Origin: Scyliorhinus canicula
Lineage: Eukaryota
Reading direction: 5' to 3'
DNA: 64,000 nucleotides
Assembly: GCF_902713615.1 (NCBI RefSeq)
Contig: NC_052158.1
Location: forward strand, 109,752,540-109,816,539
Shown here: piece by piece, positions 23,778 through 37,050 of the stretch
Layout: the number at the start of each line of letters is the position of its first letter
Numbering within the stretch: position 1 is the first letter of the stretch
Made by a program: the position numbers and the translations under genes
Notes under the pieces: model-generated
The model's database searches: none
The model's input: only the letters and a program-made list of their open reading frames with translations
Told to the model about the DNA's origin: nothing

Positions 23778-24324
23778 CAGACCGCCGTGCATTTTGTGGC
23801 GGCGGGAAGCGGCCCGCCATTAGTTGGCGGCGGGATCTTCTGGTCCCGCCGTTGTCAATGTGGTTTTCCGCTGAATGCACCGCTCCTCGCCAGGAAATCT
23901 ATGGTGGGGGTACGCTGTCAGTAGGACTGGAAGATCCTGCTGACATGAACGTGCCTATAGTCTTTCTTTAACATCAGTATCAATGTAAAAAACCTTTGTG
24001 ATTTTAAAAATCTCTATCAAGTGTCCTGAGACTTTGCTGCAATGCAATCATGGCTTCCTTCTGCACTGTACGGAATCTATGGATTCTATTGCCAGGATCT
24101 GAGCTTCTTGGCCTTCTCCTACTGAACATATGTTTTCCATTTTTGACATATTCCATGTGTGTGGATGTCTCTTTCTTGTGATATGAACAGTAGAAGCCCC
24201 AAAGTTAAAAAAGCTAAATGTGGGGTGCCACCTCAAGGCGCTGAGGACCCGGTTTTTAATCCCGGCCCTGCCGTGTGGAGTTTGCACATTCTAATAACTC
24301 AAAGAAAAAAGTATTTGATTTTAT

Positions 24325-24700
24325 TCTCCAGTTACTTGTTCAATAGAAAGGGCTTTCATTCTCTGAGGGTACAGATTGTGCATTCTAGCAAGCAAAGGAT
24401 CTTTCATATTAACACAAGACATGTTGGAGGTTGTCAAGATGAATTCATCTGTTGAAATCCAGTTCTCCGTGAGTTCTTTAAAGAAGAAAATCACGTGAAA
24501 AGATGGATCACAGGGGATGAGGCATAGTCCACATGGATAATGACCTCATTAAGAATTGCCTGAACACCAGCAGAGGAATGCTATAATGAGGCTGGTGTGG
24601 GTCATCCAGGGGACTATTGAAGTCTTGAACGGGAATTTGCACTCAATATTCATCTCGTGGAGCACCTTACATTTAAACTGGAGCTCTTTTATAGTTTATA
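24325..24700 (+). pseudogene. Harbinger/PIF DDE transposase remnant
   Basis: FNRKGFHSLRVQIV..KQRIFHINTRHVGGCQDEFI then GDEA..WIMT..PAEECYNEA, a HARBI1-like core. Confidence 0.7.
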
Positions 24701-26374
24701 TATACTAAATAGTTTGGATGGTTGTGCCTTTCAGATGACTGATCACTCAAGGTTTTCTTTCTGCCTTTGTCATTATTGCATTAATTTCTTCTTGCCAACC
24801 TTCAAATAAAGGACCAATCTCACAATCCAGTATTCCTTCACAATCATGAGAACATATCAGACTTCTTTGTCACTACATGACACTAGCTGTACCAATCACC
24901 TTACTAAATAACTCAGAACAAAATCAAAGCATCCTTTCTTGTCTGACTCTGGTCACCATGAGAAGCAAAACACTGCCAAAGTGCCCATTATATATTACTT
25001 CAATGCAATCCTCAGTGAAAATAAGTCAAATGATTCTTTCCAGGCATGGTGCTTCCTCTAGGAGGTGATATGTGTCTTACCTTTACTACCTCTTCCTAGT
25101 ATTTTTTCCAGGTGCAACCTGAAGGTCAATATTATAAGAGGTGTAAAGTAGTTCCTATTCTGTATAATATTCTACGCAATACAGGTTACAGACTGACCTG
25201 GCTCTTTCTGCAGGGCAGTTTTCTCTTAAAATGTCACTGCTGGATGTATCTCCAGAGCTTGTGTCTAGGTAGCCTAGTTAGCTTCTTTTTACCACTGCTA
25301 TAATGTTTGAAGGGGGTAGGTCAGATTCTCCTGCTGTTCTGAGATCAACTTCAGCCATTCCAATTGCATTGCACCCTGGGTCTATATGAAGACTGTTCTT
25401 ATGGCAATTGGATTCTGAAAGGCAGCAACTTGTGCACTCAGGTCCCCAAGGATTTAAAGACAATATTCAAGGTCTTGCGTGCTCTCTTTCCCTAATGTCA
25501 TCAGAGCTGGAGTCCATGCTTCTTGGAGAAAGCGGTATCGAGTAGTCATTGGTTATTGCTCAGGTAGGGTCTGCTGCAGATTCCAATGAAGCTGCCAACT
25601 CAATGATGTCTGTAATGAAGGGCAAGTTGCGACATATCCTCGGAGACTGACCAGAGCCTGCATCTATTTCTCGAACATACTTTAAGTATGTAACCAAGGA
25701 CAGAATTTTGGAGTGATAGTCCAAGCCTGAAATGTAGAGATTGAGAAGCTGTTGGAATCTGCAGCTGGCTTTGGCATGGTTTCTTTAATTGAGTGACTGA
25801 ATCAGCATGCTGCTTACAGGTTTCCTGGCCAATCAGAGGTGGCAGGCAGGACGATTTGCTGTGTCTGACCATGGAAGAATTTTGAATGAAAGCATCTCCA
25901 GCCTGGGTTTGAATAGCTCGACAGGACATGGATTTCTGAGGCTGCGGCAAACACAGGATTGGAGAGGAGATTTGGAAAGACTGCACTCTAGGTCTCTCAT
26001 GCTTACAGAGAGGTACTACTGTGCAATCTGAGGGACTGAAGTGAGGTAAGGTTAGTCAAGGACAGGGGGAAAAAGGCCAGCCTCTCAAACTGAGAAGGTG
26101 CGCATGAAAGAGGCTGAGGGAGTTAGCAGGCAGAGTGTAGTCCATCCTGAAGAGGGCAGAAAAGGTGATAAAACCCCACAGTCTGACTTTCCTGACATTT
26201 TCTTGCACAACACTCATCAGCCCAACAAACTTTACAGCTCCACTCATTCCTCTCCCTCCAGCCACCTCCTCGTATCTCCTTTTGGACAGACAACACTCAC
26301 AAACATTCATCTGAGTGTCATCTCACACCCATAACTCACAGCTACCCTCCAACAAATGTTCTTTCCTATTCTCT

Positions 26375-26675
26375 GGAATCCATAGAATCCCGACAGTGCA
26401 GAAGAAAGCCATTTGGTCCATCGATTCTGCACTGACTTTACCAAGAGCACCCTACCTAGGCCCACTCCCTGCCCTATCTTAGTAACCCCACCTAACATCT
26501 TTAGACACTAAGGGCAATTTAGCTTGGCCAATCCACCTAACCTGCACATCTTTGGGAGGAAACCAGAGCAACTGGAGGATGTGCAAACTCCACACAGACA
26601 GTCACCTAAGGTCGGAATCGCCCCATGATCCCTAGAGCTGTGAGGCAGCAGGGCTGATCATGGTGCCATCATGCT
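26375..26675 (-). mobile_element. HE1-type V-SINE
   Basis: Reverse-complement HE1 with CR1-like tail. Confidence 0.8.
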
Positions 26676-26687
26676 ACACAATCCATA

Positions 26688-26896
26688 AAGTACCCAATTC
26701 ATTTATTCCAATTAAGGGGCAATTTAGCGTGTTCAATCCACCTAGCCTACACATCTTTAGGTTGTGGGGGCGAAACCCACGCAAGCACGGGGAAAATGTG
26801 CAAACTCCACATGGACAGTGACCCAGAGCTGGGATTGAACCTGGGACTTCAGCGCCGTGAGGCAGCAGGGCTAACCCACTGCTCCACCGTGCTGCC
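26688..26896 (-). mobile_element. A-tailed V-SINE
   Basis: Matches family; flank cacaatccat repeated on both sides. Confidence 0.85.
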
Positions 26897-27403
26897 TGTG
26901 CACAATCCATTTCAAACGCATACAGGAAAAGAGAGTGAAAACCATTAGGAGAGGCAGAGGTCCAGGGGAGGCAGTGGCCCTCAAACAAGGCACCTTGACG
27001 CCTCTTGGCAATGCTGCCCACCTGGCCCAATGAGAAGGAAGTTTTGACCCAGGAGTTAGCAACAGCGGAGAGCCCTGATCCTCTAACTGGTGATCCTGAT
27101 CTAACTGTTGGGGCTCTTGTTTCCTTCCAGCTGGATCTTGTTGTCCATCACACCTGCCCTGTGGAAGAGCATGTGGCCGGCACTGCTGCTGCTGTTGTTG
27201 CCGTTGGTCTGGCTGCTTTCCTCATCCTTTATCAGAGGTCCATGTTGAACTGCAGAAGTTGCTCCCATGCTGCAGTGAAGTATAGCAAGGCAGTACAGAT
27301 CAAGGTGGAGTGAAGTCCAAGGTGGGTGAACTGACTTCCAAGGCCATTTATTCACTCATCAAGCAGAGAAAGCACATTCTCAGAAAAAGTGCAGTGAAAC
27401 ATA

Positions 27404-27957
27404 GGGGCGACTCTCCCAAATGGAGCGCTGACATGAATGCCGTCGTGTTTCATGACGGCGCAAAACGGGCATGGGGACGACTGATTCTGGCCCCCATATC
27501 AGTTGCATGCACAGTTGGGCCGCGCGAACCTGCGCATGCGCGGGGCACTCCTTACGCGCGCCGGCCCCGACTCAACATGGCGTCGGTGTTCAGGGGCTGG
27601 CTGCGCAGGAAAGTAAGCGCGGGGTGGGGAAGAGGCCGGCCCACCGATCGGTGAGCTCCGATCGCGGGCCAGACCCCATCGGAGGCCCCCCACCACAGGC
27701 CGCCCTCCCCTGATCCTTCGCTCAGAGTTCCCGTCGGCAGCGACCAGGGGAGAACTGCGCCGGCGGGACTCTGTCGCATCTGCGCAGACGCTCGACCCCG
27801 CCGATTCCAGCGGCCCGTGGCCGGCGCAGCATCAAACGTACCGGCTCAAATTGCGCCGAATCTCCGTACCTCGGAGAATCGTGCGCCGGCATTGGGGCAT
27901 CATGGCGCGGTTGCGGCGATTCTCCGGCCCGGCGCAGGTTCTCGGAGAATCACCCCC
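27404..27957. mobile_element. GC-rich MITE (Harbinger-like TIRs)
   Basis: ggggcgactctcc...ggagaatcacccc termini, ata on both flanks; inverted paralog at 44369-45026. Confidence 0.8.
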
Positions 27958-28802
27958 ATAGCCTCTCCTCTCAGTATGGTGTGAGCTCTTCAGTTTCACT
28001 GTCCAAAAGTCCTCCAACCTTTCAGCTGTATAGAATCATAGAACAGATACTGTATAAAAAGAGGATACTTACCCTCTCATTACTGTGCTGGCTCTGTGCA
28101 AGAGCAACTCAACAGGTTCCCGCTCCCCCACCTATCCCCCGTAGCCCTGCAAATATTTTGTATAGATAAATATTCCAGAAGCACTGCCTCTTGCACACTC
28201 GCCAGATTGACCTTGGTGTGTTGTTGACAGTTCAGGAAATCCGTGTTATGGCTGTCAAAGCCAGAATGCTGGGTTAATATAAGAGCTAATTATTACCGAT
28301 ATACATTTTACAATTACTTACCCAACAGTTCCAAGGGGTTGCCCGCTCACCTACAAACTTCCTGGGTAAAATGTGGAGGTGGTTGTGGTGTTGTGGGCAT
28401 TCCAAACTTATGTCACGTTTTGGGGATTTAACGCCTTGCAAACAGCCAAACACAACCCCCTTGGCAGTTACAATGCTTCCCAGAATCTCAAAACTCTGAG
28501 GAAATCACGAGGTCCCAGGTTCGATCCCGGCCCTGGGTCACTGTCTGTGTGGAGTTTGCACATTCTTCCCGTGTTTGCGCGGGCATTCGGCCCGTCGAGC
28601 GCGGAGAATCGGCAGGGCGAGTCGCAATGAGCGGCCTCAGACCGGCGCCGTGGCGGTGGCATAGGTGCCGATTCTCTGGTCGGCGGAGTATCGGCGGAGC
28701 AGCGTCGTGTGATTCGTGCCACCCCCCCCCCCCCCCCCCCCCACCCCCCCCGGTGATTCACCGACCCAGCGCGGGGAGAATCTCGCCCGAATCTCAGACC
28801 TG

Positions 28803-29078
28803 GGGCGGCATTCTCCCCTACCCAGCGTGACGGAGGGTCCCGGAGTAGGGGAGTGGCACCAACCACTCAGGAGTCGGGCCTCCCCAAAGGTGGGGAATTC
28901 GTGGCATGTGCCGGGGGCGCCGGTTATTTGCGCTGGTCTTCTGGTGCCAACTGCTCCGGCACGGGGCTGGCCCCGAAAGGTGGGGAGAATTCTTTGGGGA
29001 GGCCCGACCCCTGAGTGGTTGGCTCCACTCCCCTACTCCGGGACCCTCCGTCACGCCGGGTAGGGGAGAATGCCGCCC
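28803..29078. mobile_element. Hairpin MITE with ~85-bp TIRs and 3-bp TSD
   Basis: Arms gggcggcattctcccctaccc.../...gggtaggggagaatgccgccc; ctg at 28800-28802 and 29079-29081. Confidence 0.85.
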
Positions 29079-29965
29079 CTGATATAACAAAAAACATTGA
29101 TTATAGTGAATATATGCACCCATGAGGTAATAGAGTAATCTGACAACTTTGGAAGTATGGTCAGGACACAAGGTCAGGACAGCACCTCAAGATTTTCTCT
29201 GCTATTCAAAAAAACAAAATCAAGGCTGACCTTTTACCTCAACACTAATTTCCCGCTCTCTGGCCATATCCCATGGATATTCTCATCAAGTGGACTCCCT
29301 CATTGAGGGCCAGCATTCCAATATAATGCAAACTTAATTTCCTTGGTTGGATGAGTATTACCAGTTTGTAGTGCTTAGACTTAGTGGCATTATCCACATC
29401 CAATTGAGAACAGCTTCTGAAACATACAGCAAATACACATGTAACATTTCAGTTTCCTCCACTTTTACTGAACGTGAGTATGATTAGATCAGATTCAGGA
29501 GCACATATTCACCAACTTTGTGATTAGAGGAATACATTTCAGTCATTAGCAGAGTTCACTTCTAATGTAACGGGATTCTAAGTTTAATTACTATCTGACA
29601 GTGATTTTCCTAATTTGTATTGTGGAAAAATCTGGTTACTTATTCATGACTAGGTTCTCTCTTATAGGAAATTATTATCTGCTGTACAGTCATAGCATCC
29701 TTTTGAGTTCTGGTTAAACAAACAGCAAGTGGAATATGTTATTCTTTGTGCTAATGTTACACTTATGTTAATATGAATGATCATAAAATAATATCTTCTG
29801 ATCTTTATACAGTTCCTTGTGTGTACTGTTTTCCAACCCGATTCTTGTACATTATTTATGACAATCAATATTGAAGGTACCTAAACTAAACAACCACAGA
29901 ATTAATGTAATGATTGTTGGAAGGAATGTATCAGCTTATTTTTTTATGAAATGCTGGAAGTATCC

Positions 29966-31268
29966 TGGACGGATTCTCCTTTGGCCGATGCCAAACTCGC
30001 AAAATGCAGTTGGCCGGAGAATAGGTTCCGAGGCTCAAATCGTGGTTGCCGCCATTTTGACGGCAAATCGCAATTTTCCGTCACCTCGAAAGTGGCATCA
30101 ATGCAGTCCGGAATGCTTTTACATTACACACCGTTTGCATATCATTAGCGGGCCAGACCCGGTTTTATCCGGAGCCTCCACCATGCTCCACATCCGATGG
30201 GCTGCGTTCCCGACGGCACGGTTCACTTGTGCTTTTGTGAAACTGGCATCGCGGCTGATGAGAGAGGGGATACAGAAAGTGTCCAACATTGCCATAGTTT
30301 GCTGACAGTTGAGCCGCTGGCCAGGGGGCTTCTGCCAGGGTCGGGGGGTGTAGCGGGGGATGGCCAGGAGGTAGGCTGTTGAGCAAGGGTGGACAGGCAC
30401 GGAACATCATGCCGCAGCCGGCAAGGAAGCCATACACCTGCACATGCCACGAACTGCCCACTGTCAACTTCGGACCACGAGCCATACAGGTATCCCCCCA
30501 GGGCACCCCCCCAAGTGCCCTCTGGCCCCAGCTGACCCATCAGCTGTGCGGACGCGTTCCAGCACAACCAGTGCCATCTTGTTGGCTCGGATGAGTGTGT
30601 GTGGGGATTGTAATGTATACATGCGGCTGCAGCTTGTGTTACATGGCACTTGTGTTAGCCCCTCCACAGTTGATGAATTGATCCAGGTTCGGCGCCGGTT
30701 TTTCTGTTGTGGAAGTCCACGAATTCCGCATTGGCGTCAACACTTGGGGCAGGATTCACCGTGCCCCGATGCTGATATCCTAACCGGTGATCGGGCGGAG
30801 AAACCCTCTTGGCGCCAAAATTGGGGTCGGCGTCTGTTTTCCGATGCTCAGCCCCTCTAAAACGGTGTAACCGGGGAGTACAGCGCACGCCGTTGGGACG
30901 GCCTCAGGACGTCACCTGAAGGCCCTCCCCCGAGTCTATGGCCCTGATGGGCCGAGTTCCCGACGGCACGGGACCAGGTGCTCTGAGTTTTCGTCAACCC
31001 CGCATCGCAGCTGTGGACCATGTCCAGCGCCGTCACAGTCGGGGTGGGGGGGAGCCGTTCCGCTGGCCGGGGGGGGGGGGGGGCTTGGGCTTGGGCTGGG
31101 GGGACTGGTGCCCTTGCTGGGCATGATCCAGATAATAATAGTTAAATGAGCCATGGATGCCATATGGACCCAGCACCCGGAAGTCAACTGCTGCGCCTGT
31201 GAGACCTGAACACCCCGCCAAATGCACCCAAAATGAACATAGAAATCTGTCGGCTGAATCGTGCCCTA
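29966..31268. mobile_element. Two adjacent or nested GC-rich MITEs (junction ~30745)
   Basis: ggacggattctcc and ggggcaggattcacc starts, gaatcgtgccc end; internal inverted segments. Confidence 0.6.
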
Positions 31269-31902
31269 TACCTTTTCAAAGGACGTTATTACACAGGAAA
31301 TTGAAGAAATATTTTGCTTCTATTATCAGTGACCAATGTGTGGATGGTAATCTGTGTGGCGAATGGACAGCAAGTCTGTAAAATTGTTATGTAATTTGCT
31401 GATTTTAACTTACATAATGAATTTCTGAAGGCCACATATATTGGAATATCATTGCCTATTGGCTGATTGACCTGTTTCATTGGAGGTTTTTCTTTCGCCG
31501 AATCTTCAGCTCCTATTTTCAAGCAGCTTGAATCTAATCACTAACTAAGGAAGCTGTAGTTTAGTTTTAATCCGGATTTAATGGCCGGAAGGAAACTCAA
31601 CAAAGTACACCAGCAGTGTGAGGTATGTTAGATACTGAGCAGCCAGTAGGAAAACAGTGAAATGTAATAAAAATAAATACAGTTGCTAATAATAGAAAGT
31701 AATGACTGGCAGAAAATAACAACAAAGAACACAAACCCATTTCCCAAAGAGATCAGGATTTCCTGATGTCTAGTTTTGCTCAGACTGAGAGAAGGCCATT
31801 GCACTTAATGGGTGGGAGCAAGAAAACAGTTGAGAACAGGGAAAAAAGATCATATCAAAACATGTAACTGTAAATATCATTGCAACGCCTAACTTTTGTA
31901 CA

Positions 31903-32231
31903 ATAGAACATAGAACTTACAGTGCAAAAGGAGGCCATTCGGCCCATCGAGTCTGCACTGACCCACTTAAGCCCTCACTTCCATCCTATCCTCGTAACCC
32001 AATAACCCCTCCTAACCTTATTTGGACACTAAGGGCAATTTTAGCATGTCCAATCCACCTAACCTGCACGTCATTGGACTGTGGGAGGAAACCGGCACAC
32101 CTGGAGGAAACCCATGCAGACATGGAGAGAACATGCAGACTCCGCACACACAATGACCCAGTGGGGAATCGAACCTGGGACCCTGGTGCTGTGAAGCCAC
32201 AGTGCTAGCCACTTGTGCTACCGTGCTGCTC
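31903..32231 (-). mobile_element. HE1-type V-SINE, full length
   Basis: Head, V-domain and (ttctatg)n CR1-like tail. Confidence 0.9.
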
Positions 32232-32413
32232 AAATGGGGCCTACGAGGTGGGAATGATTATCTTCCCCGAGGTCCTTGCGAAGTACAATCTCCCCCTCCC
32301 TGATATCTATTGACCTTTGTATAAACTGTTGGCCAGTAAGGCACTGAGCAGAACAGGACTCTGGAGGGATTTACTGGCCAGTTTAGATTTCACGTTGTAA
32401 ATAAACCTATGTG

Positions 32414-32645
32414 GGGGCAGCATGGTGGCGCAGTGGTTAGCACTGCTGTCTCACGGCGCCGAGATCCCAGGTTCGATCCCGGCTCTGGTCCCTGTCCATG
32501 TGGGGTTTGCACATTCTCCCCGTGTTTACATGGGTTTCGCCCCCACAACACAAAGATGTGCAGGGTACATGGATTGGCCACGCTAAATTGCCCTTTAATT
32601 GGAAAAAATGAATTGGGTACTCCAAATTTATATAAAAAAAATAAA
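32414..32645 (+). mobile_element. A-tailed V-SINE
   Basis: TSD tgtaaataaa(c/a)ctatgt. Confidence 0.9.
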
Positions 32646-32747
32646 ATGTAAATAAAACTATGTTTCTTTATTCGGTGTGGACTTCCCATACCTTTTATTA
32701 AATTTTGATTCAAATGTCTGGACACTGTCCAAATGGTTGCAAATCTT

Positions 32748-32968
32748 TTTAAAAATAAATTTAGAGCATCCAATTATTTTTTTTCCCAATTAAGGGGCAA
32801 TTTAGCATGTCCAATTCACCTGTCTTGCGCATCTTTGGGTTGTGGGGGCGAGACCCATGCAAACAGGAGGAGAATGTGCAAACTCCACACGGACAGTGAC
32901 CCAGGGCCGGGATCAAACCTGGGACCTCGGCGCCGTGAGGCAGTAGTGCTAACCACTGCACCACTCAG
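32748..32968 (-). mobile_element. A-tailed V-SINE
   Basis: Exact 18-bp TSD caaatggttgcaaatctt (32730-32747, 32969-32986). Confidence 0.95.
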
Positions 32969-33329
32969 CAAATGGTTGCAAATCTTAATACTTGTTGATG
33001 ACAAATGTCATTGAGTTGGAGTTCTGAGCTCACATTTCATTTATATCCTACTGCTCGCCCAGTATTGTTCTGCAGGAGTTTATGCTAATTGTTCTTTTTC
33101 AGGTTCTGAGCAAATCACCTTTTCTAAAATAAGAACAGGTGTACAGGACACAGCCATTTAACCCTTCGAGCCTGTTCAAATATTGTTTCTTAAATTTCCC
33201 TTTAATCAGTTGGATTTGAGCCACCTTCAGAGCAGGGATGATAGTGGATGAATAGCCAGTTAGTGTTTTCTTCCAGGATTTGACAACTGTTAATGTATGT
33301 ATAGCTCATGGTTAAGTAACTTCACCAGC

Positions 33330-33553
33330 GGGCAGCACGGTGGCCTAGTGGTTAGCACAACCGCCTCACGGCGCTGAGGTCCCAGGTTCGATCCCGGCTC
33401 TGGGTCACTGTCCGTGTGGAGTTTGCACATTCTCCCCGTGTTTGCGTGGGTTTTGCCCCCACAACCCAAAAATGTGCAGAGTAGGTGGATTGGCCACGCT
33501 AAATTGCCCCTTAATTGGAAAAAATAATTGGCTAATCTAAATTTATAAAAAAA
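33330..33553 (+). mobile_element. A-tailed V-SINE (young)
   Basis: Exact 15-bp TSD aagtaacttcaccag; CpGs retained. Confidence 0.95.
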
Positions 33554-34448
33554 AAGTAACTTCACCAGGTACATATTCAGCTGTTGATGAGAGTGCCCTC
33601 TATTGGCCATTGATACCTCCAAATTATTTTTTTTACCTTGTGGATTGTATTGAATAACCACACAGCAAGCTATGGCAAAAATTGTGTATAAAAATTCCTA
33701 ACTGAAAATTCTAATTCCTTTTCACAAATGGATAAATTCTATGATGGCTGTGAAATCAAAATCTAGAAGTCAATCGTTAAAGATCTGATAAAATCTTGAA
33801 AGGACCAATGACATTTTAGTCTTCACCAGAGTTAATGTGGAATTCTTTTTATGTAGTATATTCATTGTCAAAATTGGGGATAGTGACAGGATGAAGATGA
33901 TTTGTGACCATTTGAAGCAATGTGAAATGGCTAAATCATCATCAACAACTACTTATATTTATATAGCATGTTTACCAGACAAAAACATCCCAGGTGCTTC
34001 ATAGAGGCGTAATCATCCAAAAATGGAAGGAACAATTGGAAGGAGTGCCAAATTGCCTGATCAAAGCAGTGCACTTTAATCAGGCATAAAAGAAGAAGAG
34101 AAAGCAGTATAGAGGCAAAGGGTTTTCGGGAGGAAATTCTGGAATGCGAGGCCTAGATGATAATCTGATGATTTGATGAAATTAAAAATGGCTGCCATTT
34201 CGGAAAGTTTACAATAGATTATTTCCGGTCAGGAATGTATTTTTCTCTCTATGGTGTTCTGCTGTTTTTATCTGTGCCGTAGATATGAAAATGCATCAGG
34301 AAAATAAACTGATAATTTGCTAAATAACAAGAAATACCATTGTTATTCTTTCTCAGTAATGCTTCTGAATTTGGATTACTGCACTGTAAATTACTACTGA
34401 AGTAAAACCGAGTCACACCATGGTGAAATGTGTACATGTTCTACCTAT

Positions 34449-34731
34449 TGTGGTGAATGTACATTGCGTAATTCACACTGTATAGTATTGTGTCCTTGTG
34501 GGCTCTGTCTGTGAGCCGTTGCGCAGCTCTGCCCACAGGGGGAGATGAGGAGCTTGTACAGGGCTCCACCCGTGGCTCTGCCCATGGCCCCTCCCACTGC
34601 CAGAAGTATAAAGTGCTGCAGCCTTGTGAATCTGCCCTCAGTTCTTCTGGTCGCAGGCAGGCTCAGTTGTAAGTCTATTAAAGCCACAGTTTACTTCCTA
34701 TCGTGTCTCGAGTGAATTGATGGTCACATCA
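34449..34731 (+). mobile_element. Solo LTR (283 bp)
   Basis: TG...CA ends, exact 5-bp TSD cctat (34444-34448, 34732-34736), TATAAA ~34607, ATTAAA ~34677. Confidence 0.9.
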
Positions 34732-34929
34732 CCTATTGTGCTTGGTACGACCTGTTCTGCTGCCGTTTTAGAAACATTTGACTTGATTTTAACTCCATAA
34801 GTGAAACGGTTTTGAGTGAGTTAAAATCTCACCCATTATCTTAAACAACATGGGCAGTACAGATCCACCAGAAGTTATGGAACAGTGATACACAGTTGGG
34901 GGGTGGTGTGGGGGGTGGGGTGGAGGGGG

Positions 34930-36175
34930 GTGGGGGTGGAGAGGAGAGTGGCTCTGAGAATTCTCAACATTGAAGACTCATAGTATCCAGGCAGATATGG
35001 ACATGGAACCCCCTGTTGATTGCCACCTACTGCCTTCCCTTGGCTGGTGAATAAATACTCCTCCAAGTTGTACACCAGTTGCATGAAGCACTGAGGGTAG
35101 CAAGGGCACGGAATGTACTCTGGGTGGGGACTTAAATGCCCATCACAGAGAGTGGCCTATTAGCACCACAACTTACTGTGCTGGCTGAGTCCTCAAGAAT
35201 ATATCTGCAGACTTGGCATGTGGGAGGTGGTGAGAGAACCAAGACGGAAAAGCCTGCTTGACCTCACCAATCTACCTTTCACAGGCACACATGCCCATGA
35301 CAGTATCGGAAGAACTCAACGCTGTACAGTCCTTGTGGATTCGACGACCCATCTTCACTCTGAGGAGACTGTCCATTCTTTTTTTATAAATTTAGGGTAC
35401 CCTATTATTTTTTTCCAATTAAAGGGCAATTTAGCGTGGTCAAGCCACCTAACATGCACATCTTTGGGTTGTGGGGGTGAAACTCACGCAGACACGGGGA
35501 GAATGTGCAAACTCCGCACGGACAGTGACCCAGGGCCGGGATTCTAAACCGGGTCCTCAGCGCCGTTGGCTGCAGTGCTAACCACTGTGCCACATGCCGC
35601 CCTGAGACTGCCCATTCTGTTGTGTGGTACTACCAGCGTGCTGAATGGGATAGATTCAGAACAGATCTAACATTTCTAAATGAGGTGCTGTGACCATCTC
35701 CAATAAGAGAGAGTATAACCACTATTGATGACAATCCCATTCAGTGTTATTGTCATCATCGAATCTCCCATCAACATTTCTGAGTCACCTTTGACCAGAA
35801 ACTTAACTGGGTCACCCTCATAAATACTTTGCTGACAAGGTCAGGTCAGAGGCTGGGAATTCTGTCATGAGTAACACACTCCCTGATTTCCCAAAACCTC
35901 TCCACCAATTACAAGGCACAATTCAGGTGTGATGGAATACTCTCCACTTTCCTGTTTGAGTGCAGTTGCTACAACAGTCAAGAACTGAACACCATGTATT
36001 ATAAAGCATCCCTATTGCTTGGCACTCCAGACGGTACCTGAAACATTCATTTTATCTACCATCAGCAAACTGTGGCTGCAATGTGCACCATCTACACTTT
36101 ACAGGATGCATTGCTACAGCTTGCCAACGCTTCTTCAACATCATCTGTCAACTCTGTGATCTCTACCACTTTAGA
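34930..36175 (+). mobile_element. Decayed, internally deleted CR1-group LINE
   Basis: EN-like segment (WEVVREPRRKSLLDL) followed by RT C-terminal-like sequence similar to 50295-51395. Confidence 0.65.
35378..35602 (-). mobile_element. A-tailed V-SINE
   Basis: TSD gagactg(t/c)ccattct. Confidence 0.9.
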
Positions 36176-36177
36176 AC

Positions 36178-37050
36178 AGTGTTTTTGAAACGTTCTTTTC
36201 CCAGGACCCACTTTTACCAACTGGTGGACCTTCGGGACCCCTGCCAGCCGACATTCGTGATCCACGCCGGCTGACCTTAGCGACCACTGCCAGCTGACCT
36301 TCGCAACACACCATTATTGATTACCTTTAATGTGACAGGTGAGCCTGCTTGGTCCTCATGATCCCACTTGCTTCGTCATTCAATGTTGCATTTCTGCTAA
36401 GGACATCCCTGTACATAGCACACATGGGTTTGCAACCTGATTGGCATTGGCACACGACAGATCACACCAGCACTGCTTTGTCCTGCCACGGATCATCCTG
36501 AGAAGCTCTCTCCAGCATTTTCAATTGTGAGATCCTGGCCTGTTTGTGTCGCTGGCCCTCTCTTCCTTCTAACAAAATAATCCATCTTCAGTTCTTCACA
36601 CAGTTGCTTGTTGGCAGCTACAAAATGAAGGAATCTCTCCTCCATGATTTGACGCCCAAGCATGAACGTACAGGGCGTTTGGCATCAGTGTACGGGCTGG
36701 GCACATGACCTTCTATCTGCTGCTGCCTCTGGTGGAAAGACTCCATTGTTCATAATTAAAGGCTGGTTGTGGCCGTCATTCTTTTTTTTTGACTTTGAAA
36801 TTTTATTTCCAACACCTGATTTTTCCAAGTTTATGACTTTTTATTACTGAAAATTAAAAGACTTTCGGTTGAACATGCACATCCTTACATTTAAACACAG
36901 ACTTTGTTTTAAATATATACCCATTTCTTTAGAAATTTAAAAAAGTATAGAAAAAAGTACAATCTTGTTTTTACTTTACAAACTATGACTTTAAACAAGA
37001 TGAAGCAACTTGTCAAACACACACAATGACAAACCTGGCCTGACCCTGGC
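36178..37050 (-). mobile_element. hAT (Charlie/Buster-like) non-autonomous remnant
   Basis: cagtgtttttgaaac terminus, subterminal ~24-bp repeats, minus-strand CANANQ..PCVLC zinc-finger-like remnant ~36395-36455; paralogous end at 39914-40030. Confidence 0.55.

Noticed and set aside
24325-24700. Domesticated HARBI1 gene
   Set aside because: Stops and frameshifts, and several decayed copies in the window.
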